Positions 27,894 through 32,692 of a stretch of DNA of 32,692 bases are shown here, one piece after another. Below the pieces are notes generated by a model. The model ran no database searches and was not told the origin of the DNA. It worked only from the letters and a program-made list of their open reading frames with translations. Positions within the stretch are counted from its first letter, which is position 1; the number at the start of each line of letters is the position of its first letter. The DNA is taken from the sequence record SRR22947727_793; one strand, 5' to 3'. A program made the position numbers and the translations under genes.

Positions 27894-29075
27894 TTAGGCC
27901 GCAATCCGTTCAATGGCCAAAGCGATCCCCTGACCACCCCCAATACACATGGTGATCAAGGCGCGGTCTGATTGGGTGCGTTCCAGCTCATGCAAAGCTT
28001 TTATCACCAAAATCGCTCCGGTGGCGCCAACCGGATGGCCCAGTGCGATCGCGCCGCCATTTGGGTTCACCCGCGCTGCATCCAGCCCCAAGGCTTTATT
28101 AACCGCCAAAGCCTGCGCCGCAAAAGCTTCGTTGGATTCAATCACGTCAAAATCTTCAACGGTCAGACCAGTTTTCTGCAATAGGTTTTGCACGGCGGGT
28201 ATGGGCCCAATCCCCATCACCGCGGGGCGCACGCCCGCATGCGCATATCCCAACACCCGCGCCCGCGGGCGCAGCCCTGCCATTTGCGCAGCAGAGGCTT
28301 GCGCCAAAACCAAGGCTGCAGCGCCATCATTGATCCCCGACGCATTGCCCGCCGTCACCGAGCCGTCTTTTTGGAACACCGGGCGTAACCCGGCCAACGC
28401 GGCCTCATCCGTCTGTTTGGGGTGTTCATCGCAAATAAAATCAACCTTATCGCGCTTCACTTTCACCGATACCGGAGTAATCTGGTCTTCAAAACGCCCA
28501 TCACGGATGGCGGCAGCCGCGCGGGTTTGACTGGTCATCGCAAACGCATCTTGTTCCGCCCTTGAAACATCATGCTCTGCCGCCACATTTTCCGCCGTAA
28601 CGCCCATATGACCGGTGCCAAAAGGACAATTCAGCGCCCCAAGCATCATATCCAACGTGCGCACATCGCCCATTTTTGCCCCCCAACGCTGATCCTGCAA
28701 AATAAACGGAGAGCGACTCATATTTTCTGCACCGCCAGCCAATCCAAAATCGGCATCCCCCAGCATCAAAGATTGAATGACCGAAACAATCGCTTGCGCC
28801 CCGGATCCGCAAAGCCGGTTCACATTCATTGCCGCTGTCGTTTCAGACACACCAGCCTGCAGGGCTGCAACCCGGCTTAAATACATATCTTTAGGTTCCG
28901 TATTAATCACATGACCAAAGGCAACCTGGCCAATTTGTGCGCCCTCAACCCCGGATCTTTCCAGCGCCGCTTTGCTAACAACCGTTGCCAATTCGATGGG
29001 AGAGGTTCCGGCCAACATCCCGCCAAAAGTTCCAATTGCGGTGCGTGCGCCGTCTAAAATCACAATCTCGTTCAT
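27894..29075 (-). CDS. Acetyl-CoA C-acyltransferase (beta-ketothiolase, BktB-like)
   Basis: VNRLCGSG, NEAFAAQ, GHPVGATG, MCIGGGQG; SD GAGGTGG. Confidence 0.95.
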   Translation of the reverse strand: MNEIVILDGARTAIGTFGGMLAGTSPIELATVVSKAALERSGVEGAQIGQVAFGHVINTEPKDMYLSRVAALQAGVSETTAAMNVNRLCGSGAQAIVSVIQSLMLGDADFGLAGGAENMSRSPFILQDQRWGAKMGDVRTLDMMLGALNCPFGTGHMGVTAENVAAEHDVSRAEQDAFAMTSQTRAAAAIRDGRFEDQITPVSVKVKRDKVDFICDEHPKQTDEAALAGLRPVFQKDGSVTAGNASGINDGAAALVLAQASAAQMAGLRPRARVLGYAHAGVRPAVMGIGPIPAVQNLLQKTGLTVEDFDVIESNEAFAAQALAVNKALGLDAARVNPNGGAIALGHPVGATGAILVIKALHELERTQSDRALITMCIGGGQGIALAIERIAA

Positions 29076-29166
29076 CTTCCACCTCTGTTATCTTTCCCGT
29101 AGTGCTAAAGGCCAAAACGCGCCCTGTCAGCCAAAACGTTCCGTCACTTATCATACAAATTTTTAG

Positions 29167-29802
29167 CTATGGCGCCGCCCGTCGAAAAACCGCAATCTTT
29201 GCAAGATCAGCGCTATGCGATCCGCTTGCCTGCGCGCCGTAAATGGGCACCTCAAAAACTTTTAAATCCGAAACTACGCCGGCCAGAGCCGAAAATTTGC
29301 GCGCGAAGCCTTGGCTTTGCCAATGCGCGGCGTTGATGGAAACCACAAACAGCGCCGAGGGTTTGCCCAGATCTATCAGCGCATCCAGAACATCCGGGCC
29401 CAAATGACCATTGGTAAATGTACCGGCGCTGACCACCGCGCCATAATGCGCAGCCGGCAGCGGCAAAGCTTGTTCTAAATCCGCTGTAATTAAATCGCGA
29501 TAGATATTCTTTTGTCGCGCAACCTCAAGCATTTCAAACGAAAGATCCAGCGCATCAATCGGACCAGTGTCCTGATCCGCTAAACAAACGCCCAGCAAGC
29601 CGGTGCCCGCCCCGACATCTAAAACAGGCCCCTCAGAATCAAACCTACTAAAATAAAATGCCACGTGTTGGGGTAAGATATAATCCATATCCGCCGCAAA
29701 GCCCCGATCATAATCGGGCGCCCAACGCGCATAGAGCGCCCTGTTTTCTTCGGCGCCGGACAGGGCATAAGCCGCTTCTAAATCAGGATCTTTTTCACTC
29801 AT
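29167..29802 (-). CDS. Class I SAM-dependent methyltransferase (METTL27-like)
   Basis: Y..WA..YD, VLDVGAGTGLLG, LDLS.EML..A, SAGTFT.GH; start ATG 29802. Confidence 0.88.
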   Translation of the reverse strand: MSEKDPDLEAAYALSGAEENRALYARWAPDYDRGFAADMDYILPQHVAFYFSRFDSEGPVLDVGAGTGLLGVCLADQDTGPIDALDLSFEMLEVARQKNIYRDLITADLEQALPLPAAHYGAVVSAGTFTNGHLGPDVLDALIDLGKPSALFVVSINAAHWQSQGFARKFSALAGVVSDLKVFEVPIYGAQASGSHSADLAKIAVFRRAAP

Positions 29803-29890
29803 CCAGCGAGTGCAGCAGGACGGTTGTGAAAAATCAAGCAAAATTATCAAAGCCGCTTGCGGGCGCTGCCCGAACATGGGCAAATAGCCT

Positions 29891-30757
29891 ATGCAGAAAC
29901 ATCTTTTTTCATTCGGACATGGATATACAGCGCAAGCGCTTTCACGCGCGCTGCCCAAAACAGATTGGGCCATTACGGGCACCACCCGCAAGCCTGAAAA
30001 GCAAGAGCAGATGCGCCAAGACAACGTTACCCCTTTGCTTTGGGACAGCCCCGATATCGACGCCGCTTTGGCGCGCGCTGATGCGGTTTTGATTTCAGCC
30101 GGGCCCGAGGCGCAGGGAGATCCGGTTCTGGGCCGGTTTTCGTCTTTCTTTAAAAAACAGGGGCCTAAACTGGACTGGCTAGGCTATTTATCCACCACGG
30201 GCGTCTATGGCGATCATGCGGGCAATTGGGTCGATGAAACCACGCCTCTTACCCCGTCGACCCGCCGGGGCAAGCTGCGTTTAAACGCCGAGCAGGCCTG
30301 GCAGGCAATACCAGATTTGCCTTTGCATATTTTTCGTTTGGCCGGAATTTATGGCCCTGGCCGAGGCCCGTTTTCAAAGGTGCGCCAAGGCACAGCCCAG
30401 CGCATTATAAAACCCAATCAAATTTTCAGCCGCATCCATGTGGCCGATATTGCACAAGTGTTAAAAGCCTCGCTGCACTCGCCCAATCCTGGCGCGATCT
30501 ATAACGTATGCGATGATGATCCGGCCCCTCCACAAGACGTGATCGGACATGCGGCCGCCTTGCTGAACACGCCTTTGCCAGCAGAAATCGCGTTTGAAAA
30601 GGCCGATCTAAGCCCGATGGCGCGCAGTTTTTACGCCGAAAGCAAAAAAGTTCGCAACCAGCGCATTAAAACCGAGCTTGCTGTAAACCTGCTTTATCCC
30701 AGCTATCGTGACGGTCTGCCCGCCTTGTTGGAAGAAGAAACCAAAAACCAATCGTAA
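29891..30757 (+). CDS. Atypical SDR / NAD-dependent epimerase-family protein
   Basis: FGHGYTA, YLSTTGVYGD..G.WVDE, RLAGIYGPGR, RIHV.DI, YPSYR.GL. Confidence 0.9.
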   Translation: MQKHLFSFGHGYTAQALSRALPKTDWAITGTTRKPEKQEQMRQDNVTPLLWDSPDIDAALARADAVLISAGPEAQGDPVLGRFSSFFKKQGPKLDWLGYLSTTGVYGDHAGNWVDETTPLTPSTRRGKLRLNAEQAWQAIPDLPLHIFRLAGIYGPGRGPFSKVRQGTAQRIIKPNQIFSRIHVADIAQVLKASLHSPNPGAIYNVCDDDPAPPQDVIGHAAALLNTPLPAEIAFEKADLSPMARSFYAESKKVRNQRIKTELAVNLLYPSYRDGLPALLEEETKNQS

Positions 30758-30787
30758 CTGAACGGCGCTCGCAAAGGCGCTATAGAA

Positions 30788-30830
30788 AATAGCGGCTTAT
30801 CAACGTGGCTTTTACGTCCAAGCCGCCATT
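30788..30830. terminator. Possible terminator-like hairpin between convergent genes
   Basis: AATAGCGGCTT...AAGCCGCCATT, 10/11 complementary (G-U on the minus strand, followed by TTCT), with an inner ACGT/ACGT pair. Confidence 0.4.
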
Positions 30831-31086
30831 CTTCAGCACGGCGGATCAAAACGGCGCATCACTTCCTTTTAAGTGCCCGTCAGAAAATCTTTGGAAAAAA
30901 GCTGAAACCCTTTCAACCAAACCGGCGCAGGCCCTCTTTACAAAGGTTAAGCCGTTTTAAGTCAGCGCCATCCGCCCTAAGCAGCCATTGAAGAGATTTT
31001 GCAATTCTCTCAAACCAGATGCGGCCACCGCGTTAGGCCCGCAAACGGTTTTTTCGTTTCAGTACAAACAGGCAAGAAGCGTCGGC

Positions 31087-32692
31087 TTAGCCCTGCGCAA
31101 TTGCTTTTCTCTGTTGCAACAAACTCATAACTTTTTCGGCAATATGCTGCGCGTTTAAACCGGCCGTGTTATACATATCCGTCGGGCTTGCTTGGTCAAT
31201 AAACTCATCAGGAAACACCATTGAACGGAATTTTAAGCCCGCATCAAAAACGCCGTGATCGGCAAGCAACTGCATAACATGCGAGCCAAAACCACCAATA
31301 GCGCCTTCCTCAACGGTGATAAACGCTTCATGGTCTTCTGCCAAAGATAGAATAAGCGCCTGATCCAGCGGTTTGGCAAAGCGCGCATCGGCGATAGTGG
31401 GGGTGATGCCCTGCGCGTTTAAAAGTTCGGCCGCCTTGATCACTTCACCCAACCGCGTGCCAAAAGACAAAATCGCTACGCGGCTGCCCGCTTGAATATG
31501 CCGGCCTTTACCGATTTCCAACACAGTTCCGCGTTCGGGCAACTCAACGCCTTCGCCATCTCCACGCGGATAACGAAAGGCAATCGGCCCCGCATCATAC
31601 GCGGCGGCCGTGGCCACCATATGCACCAGTTCAGCCTCATCCGCGGCCGCCATCACCACCATTCCGGGCAAATTGCTCAGATAGGCCACATCAAAACTGC
31701 CAGCATGCGTGGCGCCATCTGCCCCCACCAGACCGGCGCGATCAATCGCGAAACGCACAGGCAGATTTTGGATCGCCACATCATGCACGATCTGATCATA
31801 TCCGCGTTGCAAAAAGGTGGAATACATCGCGCAAAACGGCCTCATGCCGCCAGCCGCCAATCCAGCGGCAAAAGTCACCCCATGCTGTTCGGCAATGCCC
31901 ACATCAAAACAGCGCGACGGGTAACGCTGCGCAAACAGGTTTAATCCAGTTCCATCGGGCATCGCAGCTGTGACGGCGCAGATGCGGGGGTCTTCACCGG
32001 CTTCGCGCAACAGGCTATCGGCGAAAACTTTGGTGTAGCTGGGCGCATTTGACGCTGCCTTTTGCTGCGCGCCCGTCATCACATCGAATTTTGCCGTTGC
32101 ATGACCTTTATCGCGCGCCTGTTCTGCAGGGCCGTAGCCGCGGCCTTTTTTGGTGATCACATGCAGTAAAATTGGCCCATCGGCCCGCTGCTGGACAGTG
32201 CGCAAAATTGGCAACAACTGATCCAGATCATGGCCATCTATAGGCCCCAAATAAGAAAACCCCAAAGCTTCAAACAAAGTGCCCCCGACGGCCATGCCCT
32301 TGAGCATATCTTTTGCGCGTTTGGCACCTTCGCGAAAAGGCTCGGGTAGAAAGCTTATCGCGCCTTTTGCCACATCTTTAAGATCTTGAAAGGGCGCCCC
32401 GGCATAAAGCTGTGACAAATAGGTGGAAAGCGCACCGACAGGCGGCGCGATCGACATTTCATTATCGTTCAAAATCACGATCAGGCGCTTCTTCAAATGG
32501 CCCGCATTGTTCATCGCCTCATAAGCCATGCCCGCGCTCATCGCACCATCGCCGATTACCGCGATCGCATCCCCATGGCCAGTCTCGCTTTGCCCGCCCA
32601 AATCCCCAGCAACCGCGAAGCCCAACGCAGCGCTGATCGACGTGCTGGAATGGGCTGCGCCAAAAGGATCATAGGGGCTTTCGCTGCGTTTG
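31087..32692 (-). CDS. dxs: 1-deoxy-D-xylulose-5-phosphate synthase; 5' end outside the window
   Basis: [75 protein letters not shown]. Confidence 0.98.
   Translation of the reverse strand, partial: KRSESPYDPFGAAHSSTSISAALGFAVAGDLGGQSETGHGDAIAVIGDGAMSAGMAYEAMNNAGHLKKRLIVILNDNEMSIAPPVGALSTYLSQLYAGAPFQDLKDVAKGAISFLPEPFREGAKRAKDMLKGMAVGGTLFEALGFSYLGPIDGHDLDQLLPILRTVQQRADGPILLHVITKKGRGYGPAEQARDKGHATAKFDVMTGAQQKAASNAPSYTKVFADSLLREAGEDPRICAVTAAMPDGTGLNLFAQRYPSRCFDVGIAEQHGVTFAAGLAAGGMRPFCAMYSTFLQRGYDQIVHDVAIQNLPVRFAIDRAGLVGADGATHAGSFDVAYLSNLPGMVVMAAADEAELVHMVATAAAYDAGPIAFRYPRGDGEGVELPERGTVLEIGKGRHIQAGSRVAILSFGTRLGEVIKAAELLNAQGITPTIADARFAKPLDQALILSLAEDHEAFITVEEGAIGGFGSHVMQLLADHGVFDAGLKFRSMVFPDEFIDQASPTDMYNTAGLNAQHIAEKVMSLLQQRKAIAQG

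Noticed and set aside
27949-28880. Plus-strand ORFs opposite the thiolase, and similar ones opposite hemH, lptB and dxs
   Set aside because: Antisense shadows of well-supported genes.

Overview
Core chromosomal region of an alphaproteobacterium, by gene content and order most likely a Roseobacter-group Rhodobacteraceae (inference). In order: 3'-partial dnaK with an RpoH-type promoter; a broken KpsM-like ABC permease remnant; the rnd-lptC-lptA-lptB-hpf-ptsN operon, lacking kdsD/kpsF and rpoN; a six-gene acyl-CoA accessory cluster (SDR, MaoC, histidine phosphatase, ACAD10/11-like kinase, PaaI thioesterase, NADPH alkenal reductase); hemH and an NDUFAF5/BioC-like gene divergent from comF-grxC-nitrilase-marR; a nine-gene non-canonical Mrp antiporter operon (E-F-G-B'-B-C-D1-D2-orf-D3 order, three antiporter-like subunits, no intact mrpA, plus an extra 2-TM gene); a nonsense-disrupted kpsT joined to a 5'-truncated kpsE-like gene; a hybrid histidine kinase split by a homopolymer frameshift with a CtrA-type box upstream; a thiolase, a SAM methyltransferase, an epimerase-type SDR and 5'-partial dxs. 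I saw no rRNA, tRNA, CRISPR array, transposase or integrase. The strongest signals are the parallel decay of the capsule-export genes alongside missing Kdo genes next to an intact Lpt bridge, the three-subunit Mrp architecture, and the kinase/phosphatase acyl-CoA cluster. All calls come from motif recognition by eye, with no database searches.
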